This document shows positions 54,269 to 62,947 of a stretch of 64,000 nucleotides of DNA, one piece after another (the stretch's first letter is position 1; every line of letters begins with the position of its first letter). The DNA is from a virus. The notes below the pieces were generated by a model. The model saw nothing but the letters and a program-made list of their open reading frames with translations. It was not told where the DNA came from and did no database searches. The position numbers were made by a program, and so were the translations under genes. The stretch spans positions 1-64,000 of IMG/VR virus record IMGVR_UViG_3300044692_000050; one strand, given 5' to 3'.

Positions 54269-54601
54269 TCACGTCCCGTCCTCCATCTCAGCCCACCTGC
54301 GGCGCAGTGCCCCACCGAGATCCAGGTCATCCTCTGCCGCAGCCAGAGACGCTGCGTGACCCAGGCCCATCAGGTGAAGCTGCCCTGCATAGCCCGACGC
54401 TGCGGACAGGATGTCACCGATCCCCGTAAAGCCGCCCTCTGCCGACGCTACCTGCGGGCAGGTGTTCCGCTCCGGAATGGCGTCCACGTAGCCGTCCCCG
54501 TCATCGGCGTACCGCATCTCGTTGCAGCACGCTTCCATGCACAGGCAGTTCCCTGCGGCGTCCCTCGGGTGCGGCTGGTAGTGCTCATCGTCGCTGCTCA
54601 T
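54269..54601 (-). CDS. Hypothetical protein
   Basis: Acidic, Cys-containing. Confidence 0.4.
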   Translation of the reverse strand: MSSDDEHYQPHPRDAAGNCLCMEACCNEMRYADDGDGYVDAIPERNTCPQVASAEGGFTGIGDILSAASGYAGQLHLMGLGHAASLAAAEDDLDLGGALRRRWAEMEDGT

Positions 54602-55277
54602 GCCAACCATGATGCGTCACCCAGGTTGCAAACAGAGGGCCACCACGCAGCACCACGGCAGCGGCCGGATAGGAACCCCCCGCCAAGACGGGTCCTCCAG
54701 GCCAGCCATAGCAGCGCCACCACGACAGGGACACGGCAGCACCCGGCCAGCTGCACGCATCAGCCCCGGCAGTGCGGCACTCCAGCCCGCGACATGGATC
54801 CCTCCCGCACGCACAGACACCCCACGTCCCATGCACAAGGCACCCCCGCTTAACCAGAACCCCTAGCCCCGGTCACCATCCCGGGGACTCCGGTCACGCA
54901 CGCGAGACACGGGCGCACGCAGGGGCGAGGCAGGCAGGCCGCGGGTACGAGCGGCACGCACGCGGGACATGAGCGGTGCGGCGAGCGTGGCGATCGGCAG
55001 CAGCACTAGCGGTGTGACAAAAGTGGACAGACCCCACCCTATTGACCCCATTCGACCCTCCCGGCCTAGACCGCTTCGTGTTAGCGCCTGCCAGGCCGCC
55101 CAACTGTAGGGGTCGATCAGATGCCCCGCAAAGATGGGGTCGGCCCGAAAATTGCGAAGTGTCGCGGCGAAGCCGCAGAAATGACGTTTTCGCAGGTAGA
55201 ATAGGGGTTGTAAGGCCCCGGAGGGTGCCGGAAACACCCCCCGGTGGCGTGCCGAACCTGACTCAGACAGGCGCGAC

Positions 55278-56267
55278 ATGATCGATCGTACATGCCCGCA
55301 TTGCGGCAACCCAGTGACGCGTGGCCCGCTGGCGGTTTACTGCTCTCCGCAGTGCAAATATGCGGCAGCCCATGACCGGGCCGACCTGAACGGGAGCGCG
55401 CGAGCCCGAGAGGCGGCACGGCAGGCGCGCAAGGCTGCCGAGCGGGATGCGAATCGCAAGCCGTGCCCGTATTGCGGCACATCGATGGACGGCTGGCGCA
55501 TGCAGTGCGGTGCCGCCGAGTGTAAGCGGCGGCTCGTCAGCGAGCGCAACGCGGCCCGGCAGCGCGAGTACCGTGAGCGCACAGGGAAGTGGCCGAGCCA
55601 GCGTTACCGCACTCCCCGCGAGCACGTCTGTGAGGCGTGCGGCGAGCCGTTCACTTCGCCGGACAAGGCGACCCGGTTCTGCTCGGGCGCGTGCGCGAAC
55701 AGCGTGCGGCGGTGGACGCGGACGTGCGGCATGTGCGGCGGTCAGTGGGAGGCGAAGGCCCCGACGGACCTGTTCTGTTCAGCGACCTGCCGCGAGGTGG
55801 CCGGCCGAGCGCACCGGGCGCAGGTCATGGTCCGGCCGGGGTTCCGTGAGCGCCGCTGGATGGCGCTGGCAGTTGTCCGGTCGCTGCGGAAGCGCTGGTA
55901 TGCGGGTCAGTGCGTGCGGTGCGGCGAGTGGTTCGTTCACGATCAGCCGCACACCAGGACATGCTCACGGCGATGCGCGGGGAAGCTCTCGAAGGCGCGG
56001 CGCCGGGCTGTCGAGCTGGAGGCGTTCGTTGAGGACGTGGCCCGCTGGAAGATCTTTGAGCGGGACGGATGGCGTTGCCAGTTGTGCCGTAAGCCAGTCG
56101 CGCGCACCAAAAGCGTGCCACACCCGAAGGCACCTGTGCTCGACCACATCATCCCGCTGGCTGCTGGCGGGACGCATGAGCCGTCCAACGTCCAGTGCGC
56201 CCACTTCCTGTGCAACTGCCTGAAAGGCGACCGGGGCGGCGGCGAGCAGTTGCTGCTGATCGGCTGA
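55278..56267 (+). CDS. HNH endonuclease with multiple CxxC/CSxxC Zn fingers (homing-like)
   Basis: Repeated C..CG..F...FCS..C; IFERDGWRCQLC...LDHIIPL..GG.H..SNVQCAHFLCN. Confidence 0.88.
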   Translation: MIDRTCPHCGNPVTRGPLAVYCSPQCKYAAAHDRADLNGSARAREAARQARKAAERDANRKPCPYCGTSMDGWRMQCGAAECKRRLVSERNAARQREYRERTGKWPSQRYRTPREHVCEACGEPFTSPDKATRFCSGACANSVRRWTRTCGMCGGQWEAKAPTDLFCSATCREVAGRAHRAQVMVRPGFRERRWMALAVVRSLRKRWYAGQCVRCGEWFVHDQPHTRTCSRRCAGKLSKARRRAVELEAFVEDVARWKIFERDGWRCQLCRKPVARTKSVPHPKAPVLDHIIPLAAGGTHEPSNVQCAHFLCNCLKGDRGGGEQLLLIG

Positions 56268-56544
56268 CGATAAGGAGGACGCGATGACTGAGCCGAAGGC
56301 CAAGACGGAGAAGCCCGCTGAGCCGGCGACGGTCCGGCGGCCGGGCGACCAGCCCGATAAGGCCATCTCGGAGGGCGTCATTCTCCCCGAGGAGATGCGG
56401 GAGAAGGAAACGGACCCGAAGAAGGTCGAGATCAACAAGAACGTCACTAGTTAGCTGCTCTGGCGGCTGCCTGCGTGGCGTCCGCGCTTCCTGTCGCCGG
56501 AACGGCAACAGGAGGCTTCCCGGAACGGGAAAGGATGCGAGGGC

Positions 56545-56982
56545 ATGGGAGTTAAAGGGGCGGTCCCGAAGCGGACCGACCAGCTGCACGGCCACCGGAA
56601 GCCCCCGGCGACAGATAAGGCCCCGACTCCGCCCGGGGCGGCGTCGTACCGGCGCCCGGCGGCTGACAGCACGTGGCATCCGCTGGCGAAACGCTGGTGG
56701 AACGCCCTGAGCAAGTCGGGGCAGTCCACGTGGTACCAGCCGTCTGACTGGGAGCACGCCTACATCTGGGCGGAGATGCTGTCGCGGCAGCTGTTCTCAG
56801 CCAAGCCGTCTTCGATGATGCTGGCAGCATGGGATGCGGCATCGGTCCGGCTGCTGGTGACCGAGGGAGACCGTCGCAGGATGCGCATCGAGCTCGACAA
56901 GGGCGGCGAGGTCGATGCGGATAAGGAAGCCGCTGTAGCGAGCATGCAGGCGTGGCGTGCCAACCGCGCTAGCGGTTCCTGA
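56545..56982 (+). CDS. terS: Terminase small subunit
   Basis: GAVPKR...WHPLAKRWW..L..SGQ...YQPSDW...LLVTEGDRRRMRIEL; precedes terL. Confidence 0.85.
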   Translation: MGVKGAVPKRTDQLHGHRKPPATDKAPTPPGAASYRRPAADSTWHPLAKRWWNALSKSGQSTWYQPSDWEHAYIWAEMLSRQLFSAKPSSMMLAAWDAASVRLLVTEGDRRRMRIELDKGGEVDADKEAAVASMQAWRANRASGS

Positions 56983-58705
56983 CCGCCGCCTTCCTGCGCC
57001 GGCTGACCGGCTGATCACGCTCCCCGCGGGCGAACCTGAGCTGACGCTCGGCTGGCATGCGATCGTGTGGGCCGGGACGTACCTGAAGCACCCGAACGGG
57101 ATCCGGGCGGGGCTGCCGTGGAAGTACACCGACAGCCAGCGCGCTTTCGTTCTGTGGTGGTACGCGATCCACCCGGACGGCCGGTGGGTCTACCAGCACG
57201 GAGTGCGCCGCCGCAGCAAGGGCACTGGCAAGAGCCCGGGTGCGGCGACTCTGTCGCTGACGGAGCTGCTGGCGCCTGTCCGGTTCGCGGGGCTGGCCGA
57301 TACGGACGTGCCGTACCTGGAGGGGAACGGCAGGAACGGCCTCCCCGCCGGGTGGGTGCAGATCGGCCGGGTGATCGGCAAGCCGGTGGCGATGCCGCTA
57401 GTGCAGATCGCGGGTGTGTCCGAGGCCGCGACGGCGAACACGATGCGTCACGTCCGGGCGATGACGGCGAAGAACTCCAAGGTCGTCCAGGCGTACCACC
57501 TTGATCCGGGCAAGACGGTGATCTACACGCCGTCAGGCGGCCAGCTCGAGGTGATCACGTCGTCGGCGGCTTCGGCTGAGGGGGCCGAGGTGACCGCGGC
57601 GTTCCTCGACGAGCCGGAGCACTGGACGCCCGCGTCAGGCGGGGTTGAGCTCGCCGCGACGATCGACCGCAACCTGGCCAAGTCGGGGTCCCGGGCGATC
57701 GAGACGGCGAACGCGTGGGAGCCGGGCGCGGGGTCGGTGGCTGAGGCGACGTTCGAGGCGTGGTGCGCGCAGGAAGAAGGCCGCACGAAGTCAGGCGCGC
57801 TGATCCTGTACGACGCCGTGGTCGCGCCCCCGGACACGGACCTGGCCGACGAGGAGTCGCTGCGCAAGGGGATCGCGTTCGCCTATGACGACTCGGACTG
57901 GGTTGACCAGCAGGTCATCATGGACCGCATCCTGTCGCTGCGGACCAAGCCGGACGAGGCGCGGCGGTTCTACCTCAACCAGCCGGTGGCCAGCGCCGAT
58001 TCGTGGGTGACGCCGCAGGAATGGGCGGTCCTCGCCGATCCGACACAGGTCATCTGCGATGGCGATGAGATCGTAGCGTTCTTCGACGGCTCATCCAGCC
58101 GGGACGCGACGGCCTTGATTGCCTGCCATGTCGAGACGGGCTATGTGTTCACGGTCGACATATGGGAGCCGGAGCCGGGCCCGTCGCATTCTCCGGGAGC
58201 GGCCCGCATCCCGGTCGCCGAGGTCGACGCTGCGGTTGAGCGGATGTTCGACCGGTGGCAGGTCTGCGCGTTCTTCGCTGACGTGAAGGAATGGGAGTCC
58301 TTCGTCAAGGTGACCTGGCCGGAGCGGTACGCGGAGCAGCTAGAGCTCCACTCGGTGCCGTCGGGCAAGGACCCGCAGGCCATCGCCTGGGACATGCGGA
58401 CGCACACCTACGAATTCACGCTGGCCGCCGAGCTCACCTTGACGGAGATCACGGGCGACACCGGGCCCGCGTTCCGTCATGACGGGGATTCGCGGCTAGG
58501 TCGGCATGTGGTCAACGCCCGGCGGCATCCGAATCGGTGGGGCGTCTCGATCGCCAAGGAATCGAAGGATTCGCCAAAGAAGATCGACGCGGCTGTCTGC
58601 ATGATCGGGGCGCGGCTAGCACGCAGGCTGCTGCTGGCCGAGCGCGCTAAGCAGCAGCAGAAGGCGAAGAAGCCCAGGTCAGGTAGGGTTCACGGCTTCG
58701 CTTAG
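56957..58705 (+). CDS. terL: Terminase large subunit
   Basis: Walker A RRSKGTGKS; LDEPEHW; RRFYLNQ; FFDGS...DATAL; KKIDAAV. Confidence 0.95.
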   Translation: MPTALAVPDRRLPAPADRLITLPAGEPELTLGWHAIVWAGTYLKHPNGIRAGLPWKYTDSQRAFVLWWYAIHPDGRWVYQHGVRRRSKGTGKSPGAATLSLTELLAPVRFAGLADTDVPYLEGNGRNGLPAGWVQIGRVIGKPVAMPLVQIAGVSEAATANTMRHVRAMTAKNSKVVQAYHLDPGKTVIYTPSGGQLEVITSSAASAEGAEVTAAFLDEPEHWTPASGGVELAATIDRNLAKSGSRAIETANAWEPGAGSVAEATFEAWCAQEEGRTKSGALILYDAVVAPPDTDLADEESLRKGIAFAYDDSDWVDQQVIMDRILSLRTKPDEARRFYLNQPVASADSWVTPQEWAVLADPTQVICDGDEIVAFFDGSSSRDATALIACHVETGYVFTVDIWEPEPGPSHSPGAARIPVAEVDAAVERMFDRWQVCAFFADVKEWESFVKVTWPERYAEQLELHSVPSGKDPQAIAWDMRTHTYEFTLAAELTLTEITGDTGPAFRHDGDSRLGRHVVNARRHPNRWGVSIAKESKDSPKKIDAAVCMIGARLARRLLLAERAKQQQKAKKPRSGRVHGFA

Positions 58706-59005
58706 CTGCGGGATCTGGTAGTCCAGCGCTGCTTTCGCCGAGTCGCTCGCCAGGAAGTCCCAGAAGACGTCGTTAGCCGACGCGGGATCCAGCGTGAGGT
58801 TGACGGACGCGATGCGGATGACCCGGCCGAACAGCGCGAACCGGTGCACATAGTAGGTGCCGGTCTGCGCCTCAGGTAGCTCCTGGTCGCTGGACCACAC
58901 GGCGGTCAGGTTGATCTCGGGCATTTTCATGTACGGAGCCGTCGGACCTTTGATGTCCCATATCTCGCCGCGCCGAGGTCCATCGATAAGCAGAGTTTTT
59001 GCCAT
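58679..59005 (-). CDS. Antisense moron between terL and portal (leaderless)
   Basis: LLIDGPRRG start; TATGCT-GGTCAG-ATG. Confidence 0.65.
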   Translation of the reverse strand: MAKTLLIDGPRRGEIWDIKGPTAPYMKMPEINLTAVWSSDQELPEAQTGTYYVHRFALFGRVIRIASVNLTLDPASANDVFWDFLASDSAKAALDYQIPQLSEAVNPT

Positions 59006-59033
59006 CTGACCAGCATAAACGGACGGGGGTCTG

Positions 59034-60551
59034 ATGGCGCTCTCCCCCGACCAGGTGCCGGACGTGGCGACCCGCGTCCTCGCGATGCGGGAACGGGAGC
59101 AGTACCGCCTCCGTCGCATCAGTGACTACATGCGCGGCAAGCACGCGTCCGTTTACGTCCCCAACGGGGCCCGGTCGGAGTACAGGTGGCTCCTCGAACG
59201 GTCCGTGGTCAACTTCCTGCCCCTGGTCGTCAGCGTCATCAGCCAGAATCTCCACGTAGACGGGTATCTCCCCGTCCACGTAGACGGAGACGCCGCCGAT
59301 TCAACGACGACAGGATCCAGCTCCCCTGAGAAGGATCCCGCCAACCCGTGGTCGATCTGGCTGGCCAACCGGATGAACGCCCGCCAGCACGGGTTGCACC
59401 GCGCGGTCGTCAAATACGGCGTGGCCTACACAGTGGTGCTGCCGGGCGACCCGCAGCCGGTGATGCGGCCGGTGTCCCCGCGACGCATGACCGCGCTGTA
59501 CGCCGACGACGTAGATGATGAATGGCCCGTGTACGCCGTCGAAGAACGCGTGATCCGCAACGACAAGGGCGCGATCAGGCAGATCTGGTTCTACGACGAC
59601 AACTGCCGGTACACCCTCGTCGGCAAGGAGAATGACCCGCGCCTTTACTGGCCGGATGACAGCAGTCTCCTCGGTTCCGGATGGGAGGGCGTCCCGTCCG
59701 GGGAACCGATGATCGAGGAACACGGCCTCGGCGTGTGCCCGGTCGTGCGCTTTCTCCATGACGTGGACCTTGACGGCGAGATGGACGTCTCCGGCGAGGT
59801 CGAGCCCCTGATTCCTTTGCAGGATCAGGTAAATACAACCACTTTTAATACCCTGATGGCGCAACAATATGCGGCATTCAGGCAGCGGTGGGTCACCGGA
59901 ATGGTCCCGGATGATGAGGACGGCCGACCCCGCGAGCCGTTCCGCGCGGGGGTTGACAGGCTATTCGTCGCGGAAGACACGGACACTAAATTCGGTGAAT
60001 TCGGCGAGACCAGCCTTAACCCTTTCCTGGACGCGCGGGAAGCGTCGATAAGGCACATGTCAACCGTCGCGCAGGTGCCCCCTTATCATCTTTTGGGACA
60101 AATGATAAACTTGAGCGCCGAAGCGCTCGCTGCTAGTAAAGACGGAATGGACCGGAAATGTCAGGAGCTTGAGTCCGTCCTTTCTGAGCCCCATAAGCAG
60201 AATCTTCGCCTAGGTGGACTGGCGGCCGGCAACAAAGCGGCGTGGGAGGACACCACCTCCACCATCGCCTGGCGCGACACTTCTGCTCGCGCGTTCGCCG
60301 CGACCGCCGACGCCCTCGGCAAGGTCGCCCAGATGCTAGGCGTGCCGGCTACGGAACTCTGGTCGCGCATCCCTGGCGTCAGCGCCGAGGAGGTCGCGCG
60401 CTGGAAAGAAGTCGCCTCCAGGCAGGGCCCGCTTAACGAACTCAACCGGCTCCTTGAGGCCCAGATGACGCACGGAGTGCAGACTCAGGGGCCGCCGACA
60501 GAGGCTGAACCATTCCAGGCTCCCGCTTTGGGGAGGACCAAGGGGGTCTAA
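59034..60551 (+). CDS. Portal protein (SPP1 gp6-like)
   Basis: Position after terL; N...VV...L.VDGY, HGLGVCPVV.F, AAFRQRW, NLSAEAL, WRD. Confidence 0.93.
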   Translation: MALSPDQVPDVATRVLAMREREQYRLRRISDYMRGKHASVYVPNGARSEYRWLLERSVVNFLPLVVSVISQNLHVDGYLPVHVDGDAADSTTTGSSSPEKDPANPWSIWLANRMNARQHGLHRAVVKYGVAYTVVLPGDPQPVMRPVSPRRMTALYADDVDDEWPVYAVEERVIRNDKGAIRQIWFYDDNCRYTLVGKENDPRLYWPDDSSLLGSGWEGVPSGEPMIEEHGLGVCPVVRFLHDVDLDGEMDVSGEVEPLIPLQDQVNTTTFNTLMAQQYAAFRQRWVTGMVPDDEDGRPREPFRAGVDRLFVAEDTDTKFGEFGETSLNPFLDAREASIRHMSTVAQVPPYHLLGQMINLSAEALAASKDGMDRKCQELESVLSEPHKQNLRLGGLAAGNKAAWEDTTSTIAWRDTSARAFAATADALGKVAQMLGVPATELWSRIPGVSAEEVARWKEVASRQGPLNELNRLLEAQMTHGVQTQGPPTEAEPFQAPALGRTKGV

Positions 60552-60806
60552 ATGGCCGGTGGAGAAATTGCGCATCCAGAGGCCACCGAGAGGCTGATGC
60601 GGTATTGGTCGACGGGGCCTGGCGGGGCAAAAATTGGCTGGAATCGGCCGGGTGATTTCGAGACCTGCAAAATTGAACTCGGGAAATATGTTCCTGAGCA
60701 TATGCTAGACGGACTCTGCGCCCGGCTGCACCACAGGGCTACGGGTGCGTGGCCAGGCCACGCCGCAGGCGAGCAGGCCGCCCACGAGGCCGAGAAGAAG
60801 GGCTAG
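60552..60806 (+). CDS. Conserved small head-region protein
   Basis: L.RYW..G.GGAKI.W..PGDF..C...LGKY...GLCA.LH..ATG.WPG. Confidence 0.75.
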   Translation: MAGGEIAHPEATERLMRYWSTGPGGAKIGWNRPGDFETCKIELGKYVPEHMLDGLCARLHHRATGAWPGHAAGEQAAHEAEKKG

Positions 60807-61120
60807 AGGTCTGCCGGATAGATAGGAACCCGAACGCCGATCGTCTCGTTGATCAGACGCGGCGGCCCTTCCTTCTCCGTGACGGTGATCTTCCGGCCGA
60901 GCATCATGTCATCGGGGTCCGGGGTCCACTTCGACTCATCACGAGCCTCGTCGTCGGCGTCTGGCGGCAGGCATGCACGGCGCAGCGCCTTGTACCAGTC
61001 CGGACCCATGAGCCAGCGTGTTGAGCCGAGGCTCCGGATGAACGGGTCGGCCGCGTAATCCGCTTCGACGAACGCCCCGTAGACCTCCATGGGGCTCAGT
61101 TCGTCCACGTGTTCACTCAT
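60803..61120 (-). CDS. Antisense moron (leaderless)
   Basis: TACGCT-GGTCAG-ATG. Confidence 0.65.
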   Translation of the reverse strand: MSEHVDELSPMEVYGAFVEADYAADPFIRSLGSTRWLMGPDWYKALRRACLPPDADDEARDESKWTPDPDDMMLGRKITVTEKEGPPRLINETIGVRVPIYPADL

Positions 61121-61149
61121 CTGACCAGCGTAAACGAGCAGGGGGCGCA

Positions 61150-62007
61150 ATGGGGCAGCCCACGCCGCCACCCAGCACGCCGCAGCCGGTAGTGACGGGC
61201 GGCGCGATCGTCGCCGGCGGTTCCCTGGCTCTCACAACGTCGGCCACCCTGGCCGCTCAGGCCGCCCTGGCGGCGTCCTTCTACCAGTCCCAGGCGTTCC
61301 TCGCCGCGATGGCCACGAGGGACATCCTGACCGTCTGGCGGCAACTGAACCTGCGTGACGTCCGGTCGTCGTGGCCCGCGCTGCGCACCGCCCTGGCCGC
61401 GCTGATCCGTGACCGGTACTCGCAGGCGTCGGCGCTCGGGCAGGCGTACTACGGGCAGGCGAGGCAGGCCGCGGGGGTTCCGGGCGAGCCGCCGAGGGTG
61501 CATGTCCCGCCGCCGCCCGAGCCGCAGATCACAGCCACCCTGGACTCAACGGGCCCGTGGAACCTGCTCGGGAAAATCAAGCAGGGCCAGCAGCTAGCCA
61601 CGGCGAACGAGAACACGGCGGTACAGCTGGCCGGGTCGGCGCAGCGGCTGATCACGAACGGTGCCCGTCAGGCGGTCATGCGATCGGTGGCGGCCGATGA
61701 CAAGGCCGTGGCCTGGGCTCGTGTCACGTCGGCGAACCCGTGCGCGTTCTGTGCCCTTCTGGCAGGGCGCGGCGCTGTGTACAGGTCGGAGAAATCAGCC
61801 AGTTTCGACGCCCACAACCACGACCAGTGTGTAGCCATGCCCCTGTTCTCGCATGAAGAGGCGCAGGCCACCAAGGACAACCCGCTGTATGACCAGTGGA
61901 AGCGGGTCACCAAGGGTCATGGCGGCGCTGAGGCACTGAAGGTGTGGCGGCGTCACTGGGACGCGCAGCAGAACCGCGACGGCGTGAAGGTTCTGCCAGC
62001 CGCCTAG
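61150..62007 (+). CDS. Head maturation / MuF-like protein
   Basis: WARVT...PCAFC.LLAGRG.VY...AHNHDQC; between portal and scaffold. Confidence 0.85.
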   Translation: MGQPTPPPSTPQPVVTGGAIVAGGSLALTTSATLAAQAALAASFYQSQAFLAAMATRDILTVWRQLNLRDVRSSWPALRTALAALIRDRYSQASALGQAYYGQARQAAGVPGEPPRVHVPPPPEPQITATLDSTGPWNLLGKIKQGQQLATANENTAVQLAGSAQRLITNGARQAVMRSVAADDKAVAWARVTSANPCAFCALLAGRGAVYRSEKSASFDAHNHDQCVAMPLFSHEEAQATKDNPLYDQWKRVTKGHGGAEALKVWRRHWDAQQNRDGVKVLPAA

Positions 62008-62303
62008 ACGAGTAGCCAGATCACCGCCGCGGTCAGTGCAACGAGGCTGATCCCGAAGGCCCTGGCCAGCCAGAGCCGGAGACGCCACCGCCTCTCTTTG
62101 GCTGGTGCTTGCAGCGCTGAGAGCTCGGCGCATGTGGCGCACATGCCGCCGCCCGGCTGGACTGTCTGGTCGGGCGTGCCGCATTCCGAGCAGGTCCGTA
62201 TCCGGAGCTCGTCTTCAAGAGGAACCCATCTCGCCGGGTGGTCGGGGTCACCGCTGCAGGCGTGAGGTTCCGCTGGTTGCCCGCACACGCACATATCAGC
62301 CAC
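62004..62303 (-). CDS. Antisense Zn-finger protein with C-terminal TM
   Basis: CVCG..H, CSEC..CATC, hydrophobic tail. Confidence 0.5.
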   Translation of the reverse strand: MADMCVCGQPAEPHACSGDPDHPARWVPLEDELRIRTCSECGTPDQTVQPGGGMCATCAELSALQAPAKERRWRLRLWLARAFGISLVALTAAVIWLLV

Positions 62304-62469
62304 GGCCGACCGCGATCTTGCAGGTGCGGATGAACGGGCAGGTCTCGTCCATGACGCAGGTGTCGGCGGCGTAGCAGTCGCTGGCTTCGGCGCGGGCTAG
62401 TTCGCTGCCGAAGTAGGCATCGAGTTCGGCTTCCATGCGCGCGAACGCGTCTTCGCCCGTTTCGTCCAT
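62296..62469 (-). CDS. Small antisense Cys-containing ORF (leaderless)
   Basis: TAAGCT-N6-ATG; MDETGEDAFARMEAELDAYF...C....C....CPF..C. Confidence 0.55.
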   Translation of the reverse strand: MDETGEDAFARMEAELDAYFGSELARAEASDCYAADTCVMDETCPFIRTCKIAVGRG

Positions 62470-62497
62470 AACCCCAGCTTAAGGCGGGTGTGGCGCG

Positions 62498-62869
62498 GTG
62501 GCCGGTTACGGCTCGTCCATCCAGCGCTCACCCGGTACCGACCCGCTTGTCCCGCAGCCTATGAAGGGGGCCAGGATGGCACAGCCCGACGCGGCGACGA
62601 TGCGGAAGCTCCAGGCGCAGGGCAAGGCCATGCGGAACGCCAACGGTGACCCGAGCTACCAGATCCGCAACGCCGACGACCTGGACAACGCGATCCGCGC
62701 TGTCGGCCGGGTGAAGCCGCGTCCGGGTGAGACCAAGGAAGAGGCCATGGCTCGTGTCAGGCGCTGGATCATGTCCCGCGCCAAGGCGATTGGCCTGTCC
62801 AGCCGCATCCCTGACACCTGGGATTCGTCGGGGAACCTCAAGGACGACAACGACGGCGACGAGAACTAA
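62498..62869 (+). CDS. Head-associated small protein (DUF6582-like) with capsid-like N-terminal peptide; alternative start 62577
   Basis: GKAM...SYQIRN..DL.NAI.AVGR...VRRWI..RAKAIG....IP.TW. Confidence 0.7.
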   Translation: MAGYGSSIQRSPGTDPLVPQPMKGARMAQPDAATMRKLQAQGKAMRNANGDPSYQIRNADDLDNAIRAVGRVKPRPGETKEEAMARVRRWIMSRAKAIGLSSRIPDTWDSSGNLKDDNDGDEN

Positions 62870-62947
62870 CCGCAGTACAGCACCACCCCACTAAGGCGCC
62901 AGCCGGAACGGCAGGCGCCTTTTCCATGTCCCGGAACGGGAGAACCC

